Positions 19,383 to 28,691 of a stretch of DNA of 64,000 nucleotides are shown here, in pieces. The first letter of the stretch is position 1. The number at the start of each line of letters is the position of its first letter. The notes beneath the pieces are model-generated. The model did not search any database. It had not been told where the DNA came from and worked only from the letters and a program-made list of their open reading frames with translations. A program made the translations under genes and the position numbers. Location: positions 1 through 64,000 of IMG/VR virus record IMGVR_UViG_3300020020_000002; one strand, 5' to 3'. The stretch comes from a virus.

Positions 19383-20870
19383 TCAGGTGAGGACTCGGTT
19401 CCATGTTTTGCTGAAGCGCACATTGAGGGCCACCTCGGCAGTCTTGGCCTGCTTGACATCGAACTTGAAAGCGAATGGGAAGGTCGAGCTGCCCACATCG
19501 AAGATACCTAGCACCCACCACGCGGTGCCGATCGCGTCGTTGACCCCAAACGTGCCCGTGTAGAGGCGCGTGAAATCGTCGGCCACGTAGGGCTCGGCGG
19601 TCATTTGCACCGTGGCTGCGCCTGCGCCTCGATCGTGCGAGACACCGCCACCCATCACTGCGAGCGTGGCATTGAGCGGGCTGAACCCGGCGCTGGCGGG
19701 ATCGGCCGGTTCCAAGCTGGTGAAGGTTAGATTGCTCGTGCCGTCGTTGTTGACCGAACTCAAAGCTAGGCGCTCGATCGTGTATTTGCCCGACTTGTTG
19801 CCGCTCATCACGTCGGTCGGGTCGCTGATGTTTGCGTTGCCATTCTCGATCGTGATCGGTGAGACAGTGACGTCGAGCTTGTAGGTCACCCGCAATTGCA
19901 TGCTCGGTGCGATCGGCGTTGGTCCCGAGACGTAGATCGGCGCGGAGTTGCCGGATCCATCTTCGAGGCGCACGCGGATGTTGAGGTTGTCGCCTGCGGT
20001 GCCGGTGTGGCTGAATCCGATCTCGCCGTAGTTGATGCCCGGGTAAAGCTCGATCGCGCCAGACGCACCCGCGGAGGTGTAACCGCTGGCTAGCACCACG
20101 GTCGTGGCGTTGGTCACGCTGGCAATGAAGCCGCCTTGGTTAGCGGTGACAAAATGCAGGTATTTGCCTTTGTCGGCCACAGTGAAATCGCGGGCTCCCG
20201 AGCTGCGCGTGACCGTGGCGGTCGCCTGCGAATAGTTGCCGGTCACGACCTCCTTCGGTGTGGTCTGCGCCGGGAAGATGAAGGTGCGCTGCATCGTGCG
20301 CTTGCCGGTCGAAAGCGAGTCGGTCGTCTTGTTGTGGCCGGTCACGCCGCTGTAGTCGTTCGTGCGTGCGCCGAACTCGGCGTCGAGGCCTTTCTGATGC
20401 ACCGAGTAGAGGACGACATCCAACCCGGTGAGATTCGCCAGCACACCGCTCTCGCCCACCGGCCGCACGTAGGCGTTGTCGGCATCGGTGACCGCAGTGA
20501 TAATGCCCTCGATTTTCGCGCCCGTGGTGAACTTGGCTAGCTTTCCGATGTCGCCTTGTGGCTCGCCCGGCACTACCGCGGTGGTGAAGGGTCGACCGCC
20601 GGTTGCAAGGGTGCGGGCGAGATTGCCCGCGATCGTCAGGTTGTAGTTGTTCGAGGTTGGCAGCGCCTCTCGCGTCCGGCTTGTGCCGGTGCCGCCCACT
20701 GCCCACTCGAAGAGCTGCGCGATGTGGTGGTCCGCTAGGTTATTCAGGCCTTGGTCGAGAATGAGGTTGGGCTGCCACGGGCGCTCCTCGATGACCTTGC
20801 CAGCGTGATCGATGACCTCGACCTTGACTTGGCCTTGTAGACCGATGGTGGCTTTTTGCGTGGTTTTCAT
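19383..20870 (-). CDS. tail fibre/spike-like structural protein (495 aa)
   Basis: Track ORF; Thr/Gly/Ser/Val-rich beta-type composition; adjacent to the tail-collar fibre gene. Confidence 0.5.
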   Translation of the reverse strand: MKTTQKATIGLQGQVKVEVIDHAGKVIEERPWQPNLILDQGLNNLADHHIAQLFEWAVGGTGTSRTREALPTSNNYNLTIAGNLARTLATGGRPFTTAVVPGEPQGDIGKLAKFTTGAKIEGIITAVTDADNAYVRPVGESGVLANLTGLDVVLYSVHQKGLDAEFGARTNDYSGVTGHNKTTDSLSTGKRTMQRTFIFPAQTTPKEVVTGNYSQATATVTRSSGARDFTVADKGKYLHFVTANQGGFIASVTNATTVVLASGYTSAGASGAIELYPGINYGEIGFSHTGTAGDNLNIRVRLEDGSGNSAPIYVSGPTPIAPSMQLRVTYKLDVTVSPITIENGNANISDPTDVMSGNKSGKYTIERLALSSVNNDGTSNLTFTSLEPADPASAGFSPLNATLAVMGGGVSHDRGAGAATVQMTAEPYVADDFTRLYTGTFGVNDAIGTAWWVLGIFDVGSSTFPFAFKFDVKQAKTAEVALNVRFSKTWNRVLT

Positions 20871-21880
20871 TAGGTAATTTCCCCGCCGACCAGCGCCACG
20901 CTTAGGCTCGTCGATTCGACTGTCGGCGTCGTGTCGTAATCGATGAGCGGTTTGATGATTGTTCCGCCATCCACCTTGATGTCAATCTTTGCCTGATCGA
21001 CAACGAGGATCTCGGGCGTGTCGATCGTGACGTGATAGACGCCACCATCCTCGCCGGGATCTCCGTTGAGGTCGCCAAATCCGATGCCCAAAAAGGCGCT
21101 TTCGGCGAAAGTCGGAATATGTTCCGCCGTGGTTAGCGTGACATCCCGGCCGCGCACGCTGAGCGCATAGAGTGCCACCTTGCCGCCGATCAGAGCATCC
21201 TCGATCGTCACGACGTTGATGAGCTGCGCAAGACCTAGGCGCAGCGCAGGCATGACGATCCGCTCGGTCGCGAATCCTTCGCTCTCGAAGCGCGCGTAGA
21301 GCACCCTCGGCATCTCGGGGTGCAAGTAGTAGCAGACGAGCTGGCCTTCGCTCGGGTCGCCGTGCAGGACGTGCCCGCTGTAGTAGAGCACGGGCGATCG
21401 GCCGCGCCATGCATAGGTCGCGATCGTGCCTGCGTCGTCGACGTATTGCTTCAGCTCGATGTTGTCCTTGTCCTTCTGGATCGCGATCGCGAGATCGCCC
21501 TTGCCGTTCCACGCGTGGGTCAGTTCCTCGGGCTTAACTTTTAAGTAAAGTGACGAATTCTCACCGAGATCGTTGGCCGGTGGATCCACGTGATCGGCCT
21601 GCCCCACGCGCACACCGATCGTGCCCACCCATACGGCCCACGAAGTGAAGTATGGCTTAGTTTGATTGCCGCGCTGGTCCGGCCCGATGCTGTAGCTAAC
21701 TGTCGCCGGTTGCGTGAAGATCTCGCTCTCCTTGTCGTGCGGCCAAACGCACAGCTCGGTGAACGGCAGCAGGCCATACCACTCGTTGCCGCTTTCCGGC
21801 TCGCAGCCCTCGCGCCCGACGATGGCGTCGTAGTCCATCGGTCGGGGGCGGGGCGTGTAAGTGGCGAAACTCTTGTTCAC
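20870..21880 (-). CDS. structural-module protein (336 aa)
   Basis: Track ORF; 1-nt overlaps with both neighbours. Confidence 0.6.
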   Translation of the reverse strand: MNKSFATYTPRPRPMDYDAIVGREGCEPESGNEWYGLLPFTELCVWPHDKESEIFTQPATVSYSIGPDQRGNQTKPYFTSWAVWVGTIGVRVGQADHVDPPANDLGENSSLYLKVKPEELTHAWNGKGDLAIAIQKDKDNIELKQYVDDAGTIATYAWRGRSPVLYYSGHVLHGDPSEGQLVCYYLHPEMPRVLYARFESEGFATERIVMPALRLGLAQLINVVTIEDALIGGKVALYALSVRGRDVTLTTAEHIPTFAESAFLGIGFGDLNGDPGEDGGVYHVTIDTPEILVVDQAKIDIKVDGGTIIKPLIDYDTTPTVESTSLSVALVGGEIT

Positions 21881-22134
21881 TAGGCAGAGACGTCGGGCGG
21901 TTCGGTTTTGGGTGCCGGTGCTTCCGGCGCTTCGTCACCCACGGCCGAGATGTTGATGAGATACTCCTCGTTGATCTTGAAGCGGCCCTGCTCGCTTTCG
22001 TTGGTGATCTGCAGGTCGATCGTGCCGGTGGGCGATCCGTCGCCACCCTCGGCTTTCAGCGTGACCCACTCCTGCGGGTCAGGGCCCTCGGTGATGTCCG
22101 TGTTGATGCACTTGAATTTGACTTTTAGATACAT
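21880..22134 (-). CDS. small structural-module protein (84 aa)
   Basis: Track ORF MYLKVKFKCINTDITEGPDPQEW...; natural composition. Confidence 0.6.
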   Translation of the reverse strand: MYLKVKFKCINTDITEGPDPQEWVTLKAEGGDGSPTGTIDLQITNESEQGRFKINEEYLINISAVGDEAPEAPAPKTEPPDVSA

Positions 22135-22168
22135 GGCTCTGCGTTTGGTTTACTGGTTGGTTTTGTGG

Positions 22169-22405
22169 TTAGGTTTGGCAGGGGCGAAATTCCACGATAT
22201 AGAACTTGCCGACTTGGAACGTCCCTTTCGCGCCGGGTTGGCTGATCGGGATGGTGATGACCGCGTTGGGCGGCGTGCTCTTGTTGCAGAACGTGTCGTT
22301 CTCGCGGCTGTCGGTGACACTGTTTGTGCCAAGGCTCACCGCTTCGTCGGCACCGCTCGGCGTGACCGCCGTGCACTTCACTTTCATTCGGATTCGATTA
22401 GTCAT
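22169..22405 (-). CDS. small structural-module protein (78 aa)
   Basis: Track ORF MTNRIRMKVKCTAVTPSG...; ATGA overlap with upstream stop; competing frames are R-rich. Confidence 0.6.
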   Translation of the reverse strand: MTNRIRMKVKCTAVTPSGADEAVSLGTNSVTDSRENDTFCNKSTPPNAVITIPISQPGAKGTFQVGKFYIVEFRPCQT

Positions 22406-24132
22406 GATTTGATGGTGTCGCCGCGCTCGCTCACGGCGTTGTGGCTGTCACTCTCGTCGGACGAGCACTGGCCCTTGGTGTCCTTGGGTCCACCGACTGG
22501 ATCGATAAAGAGTCGCACCTCGCGGATCCCCATGCGTCCGCGCCACTGCAGCAGCGTGCTGAAGGCCTTGTCCTGCCCGGCGATGTATTCGCTCTCGGGT
22601 CCGCATTCACCGACGGCCGTCTGGCTGGTCCACTCCTCGCTCTTGACCGTGCGCGCTTGCGGCTTGAAGGCGCGCAGCGTGTCGGTCGTGGTGAACGTCT
22701 CCTGATAGACGCTGCCCATGCTGCCTTTCTCGGCCTGCATGTCGGCTGTGCCCGAGAGATGCCACGGGCCTTTGCTCCCGCCCATGAACATTTCGAGGTG
22801 CACCTTGCCGAGCATCTCGACGACCTCCAGCTCGGTGTATTTGAAGCTCATCGTTTCGTCGTTCGCGATCGGGGCCAGCTCGACTTGGCAATCGATCTGC
22901 CCACCCTCGTCCTCCCGGCGCTCATCGAAGGCCTCCCAAATGTGAATGTGTGTGTCGTTGAAGGGTGAGCGGTCATAGCTAGCAAAGAAGCACCGGTCCT
23001 TGCCGCCGACATAACCGGTCGCCCACTGCACCGGCCGCACGCCGGTCCACACGCCCTGCCACGCCTGCTCGCGTCGGCCGTTCATCACCGACTTGTCGAG
23101 CACCCATGTGTGCGAGTTGTATTTGTCGGCGTAGGGCACGCTCATCAGCAGGTAGTTCTCGAACGCACACCCGGCCGTGCCGCCTAGGTATGGCGAGAGG
23201 CACCGCTTGCTGCGCATCATCGCGCCATCGATGACATCGATGGTCGAGCTTTGCGTCGAGTTGAGCGCCGCGTTCAGGCTGATGATGCCGCCCCGGGTCA
23301 TCCAGTAGGTTTCGCCGTAGGAGTTGACCAAGCTGCGGCCCGCGACGCAACCGATCCCCGGGATGATGACTTTCTGGAAGTCGGGCGTCACGGGCCACTC
23401 AGTGCGATCGAGGATGTTGGCCTTGATGGCGCTCGTGTCGTTCTGGCTGAAGGCCAGCAGGCCGCGCTCATCGGCCGTTTTCATCAGCCCGGTGCAATCG
23501 TCCGGCAGATCCAGCGCACCACGCTCGGCGATGTATTGCTGCTCGCTCCATGCCATCGGGTTGACGAGGTCGCTGGCGAAGACGCGGTTGCCTTGGGATG
23601 CCCACAGGCGGGATCCGATCCACTCCATCCACAGGCAGCCCGACGGCGCGCCGTATTGCGGTGCCGTGGGATCCAGCGATCCGCCGGTCGAGCCCTGCCA
23701 CCAGTGCATCCGGCTCTTGCCGTCGGTGAACATCAGCGTCGGCATCGGCGTGATGAGTTTGATCGAGCCGTCCTCGTTGAGTTTTGCGCTCTGAATGGTC
23801 CGCTCCATCACCACGAACTCGGCGATCGGATCCATCGAGATCCCCGAGATCTGGCTTGGCCCGTAGAGCGGGTATTCGAGCTGGTAGCCCTTGCCGTCCA
23901 CCACCGCCACGAGGCGCGAGGTGCTGTTGCGTGGGGTGAATAATGCAAGCCCTTGCAAACGCTCGCCTGCGATCGAGGCGATCACCCGGTAACCCGGCCG
24001 GGTTTGGATCACCCCACCACGATTGACGACGTTCTCACCCCACGCAAACTGCCCGTCACGCAAATCGGCCGGATGGACCGAGGTGTCGACTCCGTTGATC
24101 CATGCGCGCTGCGTTTTGAAGGTCCGACCCAT
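22402..24132 (-). CDS. tail/nozzle structural protein candidate (576 aa)
   Basis: Track ORF; large beta-rich protein in the post-capsid module. Confidence 0.5.
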   Translation of the reverse strand: MGRTFKTQRAWINGVDTSVHPADLRDGQFAWGENVVNRGGVIQTRPGYRVIASIAGERLQGLALFTPRNSTSRLVAVVDGKGYQLEYPLYGPSQISGISMDPIAEFVVMERTIQSAKLNEDGSIKLITPMPTLMFTDGKSRMHWWQGSTGGSLDPTAPQYGAPSGCLWMEWIGSRLWASQGNRVFASDLVNPMAWSEQQYIAERGALDLPDDCTGLMKTADERGLLAFSQNDTSAIKANILDRTEWPVTPDFQKVIIPGIGCVAGRSLVNSYGETYWMTRGGIISLNAALNSTQSSTIDVIDGAMMRSKRCLSPYLGGTAGCAFENYLLMSVPYADKYNSHTWVLDKSVMNGRREQAWQGVWTGVRPVQWATGYVGGKDRCFFASYDRSPFNDTHIHIWEAFDERREDEGGQIDCQVELAPIANDETMSFKYTELEVVEMLGKVHLEMFMGGSKGPWHLSGTADMQAEKGSMGSVYQETFTTTDTLRAFKPQARTVKSEEWTSQTAVGECGPESEYIAGQDKAFSTLLQWRGRMGIREVRLFIDPVGGPKDTKGQCSSDESDSHNAVSERGDTIKS

Positions 24133-24134
24133 GG

Positions 24135-24947
24135 TTAAAGCAGTGGCCCTCCCACGGGTTCAGGCTCTGGCACGACGATCGTCTCGCCGCAGGCGCACCG
24201 CAGGCTCCTGCTGGCCTCCACCTTGGCGATTTGCCCTGCAGTGGGACTCTCCGCTGACGATACCATGGCCGAGATCTGTAAAAGCCCCGGCATAGTCAAA
24301 TCCTGCATCTCACCGGGTTGCAGGTTGAAGAGGATTAAGACGTCACCTTCATAGATATCCAACGCAAGCTGTCCGGTGTTGTGCACGCGCGACACCTTGG
24401 CTAGCCGGTTGGCTGGCAGGATCGGTGTGGTTTGCGTCGACTCCACGACCACGGGCTGGAACGAGATTTCGAGGTAGTTGGTATTGCTCGGCAGGTTGAC
24501 GTTGCTGTAGTAGACGTTGTGCAACCAGCCGTTGAAGCTGGTCAGTTCTGGATAGTGCACGCCGAGGTCTGCACGGGTGAGTTCAAACTGAATATCGTCA
24601 GACATCGGCGGGAGCGTGAATTCTTTGACGAGGCCGGTGAAGTCGTCGTTGTAGAAGAATCGGAGGATGGTAGACGTCACTGTTTTGTAGACCCGAGCGT
24701 AGATCTCCAGCGTGTCTAGGGCGGGACCAACCACGCTCGTGGTTTCGATGGTGAAAGCATCGCGTGGGCTGCCGCCAAGGATGGCCTCGTAGTCGCCGAG
24801 CTGCAGGACGATCGGCTCGGTGTGGATCTCGACGCCGCTATCGCAGGTCATCAGGCACCGCAATTTTTGGATCTTCGGATAGATCATGCGCAGCCAGTGA
24901 TTGGCGGGCGGCCGGTAGAGCGGCATGATGTGCTGCGTAGAAATCAT
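24135..24947 (-). CDS. structural-module protein (270 aa)
   Basis: Track ORF; 4-nt overlap with the upstream gene. Confidence 0.6.
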   Translation of the reverse strand: MISTQHIMPLYRPPANHWLRMIYPKIQKLRCLMTCDSGVEIHTEPIVLQLGDYEAILGGSPRDAFTIETTSVVGPALDTLEIYARVYKTVTSTILRFFYNDDFTGLVKEFTLPPMSDDIQFELTRADLGVHYPELTSFNGWLHNVYYSNVNLPSNTNYLEISFQPVVVESTQTTPILPANRLAKVSRVHNTGQLALDIYEGDVLILFNLQPGEMQDLTMPGLLQISAMVSSAESPTAGQIAKVEASRSLRCACGETIVVPEPEPVGGPLL

Positions 24948-27241
24948 TGGACGTTGCCGGTAAAACCCGGGGCTGTTGACTCGTCGAATTGAAACATGCC
25001 AGTGACGCTCGGGCCGATGTTGATGCGCTCGTCGCGCAGGTAGTTCAGTGCAGTCGCCTCGAATTGCGCGGCGAGCTGTGGTTCGCCTGCGCTCTTGATC
25101 GCGCGCAGTTGCTGCTCGATCGCGAAGCGCGAACGCAGTGGGATCGGCTCGGTGAGGCTGGTCACCTTGGGCGTGCGTTTGCGATACGCCACGCGGATTC
25201 GCTTAGGTGCCGCGTGTGGTAGCTTAATTGCGCGATACTTGGGTTCCAGCTCGTCGGGATACCACATTCCGAACAGATCGTCCGTCACCCACAAAGCAGG
25301 CACACCAATCGTGCCGGGAATTTCCGCGATGTTGCGCACGGTTTCATCGCCGAAGATCACCGTGACTTGGAAGCTGTAATCGCCCCACGCCACCAGCGTC
25401 GGCGCGTTGAGTGCCAGCACTTGGTTGTGCACGTAGACGTCGCCAGCGTCGCCCACCGAGGCGTAGAGGTGCACGGTGCCCGGGCCGCTCGTGTTGCTGA
25501 AGACGAACGTCACGTCGCGCGGGATCATCGGGTCGAGCGGCCACGTCGGCTCGATCTCGACGATGCGATCGGCCCCGTTTGTGTAGTCGATGGGCGTGCC
25601 CATGAACGTCCACTGCGTGATGACCGTCTGCACGTTGGCTGTCGGCACCTCGGGCACCTCGGGTGTTCCGGTGGTCGTAAAGAGCCGGATGAATCCCCTG
25701 CTCTCGCCTTTGGTGATCCGCTCGATCGAGGTGAAGAGCGGCGCGTGGATCCCCGGGTTGTAGTTGCCCGGGATGCACGGGCAAGCCCATCCGCGCTTGC
25801 CGCCGCGCCAGACCTCAACATCGCGATCATTGAGGTCGCGCTCGGTGCCGTAGAGCATGACCGGCACGTTCTCGTCCACCGGGTCGTCGGGCACCGCCAC
25901 GAACTGGAGCGGCAGCGGGCGGCGTTTTTTCGGCTCTTCCAGCGGGTTGAGTGGCCACTTGCGAATGATGCACGTCTCGCCTTGGTCATCCCACGTGTGG
26001 CAGGACGAGCGATCGCGCATGCCACCGTCGCCGTTCATGTGGAACTCGAACCAGCGGTTGCGCGGGATCGATGCGCCGCAGCGATCGGTGATCGCCACTG
26101 GGATCTCGACGTGGCGTGGCAGGACATAGTAGCCATGGCCCTTGCCGTTCTGAGCCAGTGGCGTGTCGTAGGTCACCTCGCCGCGGTTGTCGGCGCTGAA
26201 CACATCGACCCAACCGAGCCGCGCGTCCCATTGCCCGCGGTTGCTCAAGATCTCGATCGCGCTGGTGATCTTATCGAAGAGCTTGCGCTTGCCGATCGGC
26301 CCGAAGATCTCGGCCGCCACGTCGTAGACGTCGGCCACGATGATCGAGTCGCGCACGTAGGTCGAGGCGTCGATCGCCGGTTGCGTCTCCTGATTCTCGG
26401 CGATCGTGTTGTGCTCCTCGCGGCTGGCCTGCTCCTCCTTGAGGAACATCTCGGCCATCGTCAGCGAAGCGGCGGCTTTGTCGTTCTCGTCGGTGCCCAT
26501 GAAGCGCACCGCCTTGCACGCTTGGATGACCGCCAGCTCCGAGTGCATCGGGATGAAGTCGTCCAGCGTCTTCAGTGTGAATACGTGCCGCCGGAACATC
26601 ACCCGCACGTTGCTCGCGCTCTTGCTTAGCTTGATGACCCGATACTCGGGCGTCAGCTCGTCGCCGTAGTATTGCGCGGCGAGGTTCGTGCCGTTGCAGA
26701 GCAGGAACGTCTCTCCGATCGTCTCCAGCCGCTGCACAACCTCGATCCGATGGAAGATCTTCTCACCTGCGTTTGTGCCTTCGCGCGTGCCGCTGAGAGA
26801 CTCGATGACCGTCCGACCATTCTCGTCCTTGCCGGTGACGATGATCGTCTTGCCGATATCGGCGTCATTGGTCACTTGGTAGGCCAGCGTGCCCGGCAGC
26901 GCCTTTTCGTTCTGAATGGGCGAGTAGCCCCGATCGCTCCAGCTTAGGCCCGGCTCCTCGCCGATCTGCGTGCCCATCGAGTTGATGTGGAACTCGTAGA
27001 TCCGCGAGCGCGAGAAGGTCGGCTCCTTGTTGATGTTGACCCGCAGCGGTGTTTTGACCTCCCGAGGCAGCGCGACAAAGAAGTCGTTGCTAACCGAGAA
27101 GTCGAAATAGCCAACCAAGGGATCGATGAGGCCCTTGTTGGCTAGCAACTGCACGGCGCGCGTGATCGTTTTAATCGCAAACGCGTCGCTGCATTTGCCG
27201 ATGCCTTCCTTGACCTCATCGATGATTTCCCTGACGAGCAT
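24944..27241 (-). CDS. large structural protein built from two homologous halves (765 aa)
   Basis: Track ORF; internal repeat seen by eye (FFVALPREV..SRSRIYEFHINSMG..DELTPEYRVIKL versus YYVLPRHV..PRNRWFEFHMNGDG..DELEPKYRAIKL). Confidence 0.6.
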   Translation of the reverse strand: MLVREIIDEVKEGIGKCSDAFAIKTITRAVQLLANKGLIDPLVGYFDFSVSNDFFVALPREVKTPLRVNINKEPTFSRSRIYEFHINSMGTQIGEEPGLSWSDRGYSPIQNEKALPGTLAYQVTNDADIGKTIIVTGKDENGRTVIESLSGTREGTNAGEKIFHRIEVVQRLETIGETFLLCNGTNLAAQYYGDELTPEYRVIKLSKSASNVRVMFRRHVFTLKTLDDFIPMHSELAVIQACKAVRFMGTDENDKAAASLTMAEMFLKEEQASREEHNTIAENQETQPAIDASTYVRDSIIVADVYDVAAEIFGPIGKRKLFDKITSAIEILSNRGQWDARLGWVDVFSADNRGEVTYDTPLAQNGKGHGYYVLPRHVEIPVAITDRCGASIPRNRWFEFHMNGDGGMRDRSSCHTWDDQGETCIIRKWPLNPLEEPKKRRPLPLQFVAVPDDPVDENVPVMLYGTERDLNDRDVEVWRGGKRGWACPCIPGNYNPGIHAPLFTSIERITKGESRGFIRLFTTTGTPEVPEVPTANVQTVITQWTFMGTPIDYTNGADRIVEIEPTWPLDPMIPRDVTFVFSNTSGPGTVHLYASVGDAGDVYVHNQVLALNAPTLVAWGDYSFQVTVIFGDETVRNIAEIPGTIGVPALWVTDDLFGMWYPDELEPKYRAIKLPHAAPKRIRVAYRKRTPKVTSLTEPIPLRSRFAIEQQLRAIKSAGEPQLAAQFEATALNYLRDERINIGPSVTGMFQFDESTAPGFTGNVQ

Positions 27242-27253
27242 GGGCGTGAGTGG

Positions 27254-27601
27254 TTAGACCAGTTCCTCCTCCTCTGCAGCACCCTTGCCGGTGAGGTAGC
27301 TGTCGATCGCCTCCTCGGCCGAGGCGTCGCTCGGTTCACCGCTGGGCGTGAGACTGACCAGTTCCAGCTCGACGTTGCCGTCTTCGCCGATCGAGGTGAC
27401 GCGGAAGGCTCCGGTGCCGTTGAAGTCGTCGCCGACCGCGTAGTCACGCGCGATCGGTGCGGCCAATTCGCCGCTTAGGCTGATCGTCGGTGCGGCCGGG
27501 GTGATCGGGGAGAGCGGCGTGATCGGCTCCTCCTCGGAGACGCCTGCGACCAGCGCGGGGCCGGGGGCGGTGATGGGTTCTTTTTTGGCAAATGCGTTCA
27601 T
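27254..27601 (-). CDS. acidic structural-module protein (115 aa)
   Basis: Track ORF MNAFAKKEPITAPGP... Confidence 0.6.
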   Translation of the reverse strand: MNAFAKKEPITAPGPALVAGVSEEEPITPLSPITPAAPTISLSGELAAPIARDYAVGDDFNGTGAFRVTSIGEDGNVELELVSLTPSGEPSDASAEEAIDSYLTGKGAAEEEELV

Positions 27602-27606
27602 GGTGG

Positions 27607-27837
27607 TTAGCGTTGTTTGAAGTTATCGAAACGAAGGCGCTGGTCGACGACTAGGCGCGTCGTGTCCCTCGGTTCCGGTGCTGTGAACACCGGGCTGCCC
27701 GAGACATTGACTAGGCCCCATTGCGTAATGCTCAAACCCCGGGAGCGTAGGCTGCCGGATTCCGAGTCGTTCCGCCCGGCGCAGCCGGTTAGCAATGCAA
27801 TGGCGATGGTGATGATGGTGGAGCGTGTGTAGTTCAT
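27607..27837 (-). CDS. small lipoprotein (possible o-spanin)
   Basis: MNYTRSTIITIAIALLTGCAGRNDS: signal peptide with L-T-G-C lipobox; lies directly downstream of a TM plus coiled-coil gene. Confidence 0.55.
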   Translation of the reverse strand: MNYTRSTIITIAIALLTGCAGRNDSESGSLRSRGLSITQWGLVNVSGSPVFTAPEPRDTTRLVVDQRLRFDNFKQR

Positions 27838-27897
27838 GGGAGCTGTTGTTTAGAGCAACAGCTTGCCGTGAAATGTAGATGATAGGCAAGGGCGCAG

Positions 27898-28206
27898 TCA
27901 TTTGGGTTTGCCGTTGCGGTTTTCGTAGGACTCCAGCCGCCTACTTAGGATTGCGACCTCGCCGCGGATCTTCGCCAGCTCGGTGCGCAGCTCGATCGCC
28001 TCGTTGCGGATCAGGTTGCCTTTCTCGATGAGTTCCGCGCGCGAGAACTGGCCGGTCTTGAGATGGGCCAGCTCGGTCTTCACCTCGATCATCGACTTGG
28101 TGAGATAGATGCCGAGTGGCACCATCACCGCGGCGAGAAGCGCGTCGCCGATCGCGATCAGAAACGTGTTAAAGGATCCTCGTTTGCTTTGTTCCTCGGG
28201 CGTCAT
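27898..28206 (-). CDS. N-terminal TM + coiled-coil protein (possible i-spanin)
   Basis: Track ORF trimmed to ATG 28204-28206 (MTPEEQSKRGSFNTFLIAIGDALLAAVMVPLGIYL... then heptad-like EL/IR-rich helix); ATGA overlap with upstream stop. Confidence 0.5.
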   Translation of the reverse strand: MTPEEQSKRGSFNTFLIAIGDALLAAVMVPLGIYLTKSMIEVKTELAHLKTGQFSRAELIEKGNLIRNEAIELRTELAKIRGEVAILSRRLESYENRNGKPK

Positions 28207-28571
28207 CCTTTCACATAGGTAGCGATCGTGACGCTGGTGGGAAATCCGAAGTCGATCGTGACCGTGATCTTGCCCTTGCCGGACAGTGGGCTCGCCCACG
28301 TCCCTGCGGTCTTGAGTTTATACACGAGCACGTCGTCCTCGAAGATGTTTGCCGGGTTGTCAAACCGGTTGGTGACGAGCGTCTTCACGGCTCGGTCGTT
28401 CGGTGCCCGTTGGGCCGGTGATACGTCGGTGATGTCGTGCTCGATCTTTTCGATCCCGATGTATTCCTCGCGCAGGATGTCATCCAGCAGGCGCACCTCG
28501 CCGAGGATCTCGCGCAAGGCTTGGTTGTCGTCCATCTCCTCGGCGATGGTTGCTGTTTCGATGGTGTGCAT
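28203..28571 (-). CDS. hypothetical head-module protein (122 aa)
   Basis: Track ORF MHTIETATIAEEMDDNQALREILG...; first gene after the capsid terminator hairpins. Confidence 0.6.
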   Translation of the reverse strand: MHTIETATIAEEMDDNQALREILGEVRLLDDILREEYIGIEKIEHDITDVSPAQRAPNDRAVKTLVTNRFDNPANIFEDDVLVYKLKTAGTWASPLSGKGKITVTIDFGFPTSVTIATYVKG

Positions 28572-28587
28572 AGTTAGTTAAAGATCG

Positions 28588-28636
28588 CCCGCCACCGCTT
28601 TGCGTGTTCCCCATGAGAACGCTAGGCGGTGGCGGG
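28588..28636 (-). terminator. second hairpin downstream of the capsid gene (11-bp stem, 27-nt loop)
   Basis: CCCGCCACCGC ... GCGGTGGCGGG; on the minus strand followed by CGATCTTTAACTAACT then ATG 28571. Confidence 0.45.
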
Positions 28637-28648
28637 TTTGTATTGCAT

Positions 28649-28679
28649 AGCCCCTGACGGCTCGACTCCGTCAGGGGCT
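28649..28679 (-). terminator. strong hairpin immediately after the capsid stop
   Basis: AGCCCCTGACGG-7 nt-CCGTCAGGGGCT, 12-bp stem, 13 nt below stop 28692. Confidence 0.6.
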
Positions 28680-28691
28680 AGCGGCAAGCGA

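Noticed and set aside
21880-22405. Paralogy between the two small structural-module proteins (21880..22134 and 22169..22405)
   Set aside because: They share only a KVK.C start and a G.F....Y pattern, which is too weak to claim without alignment statistics.
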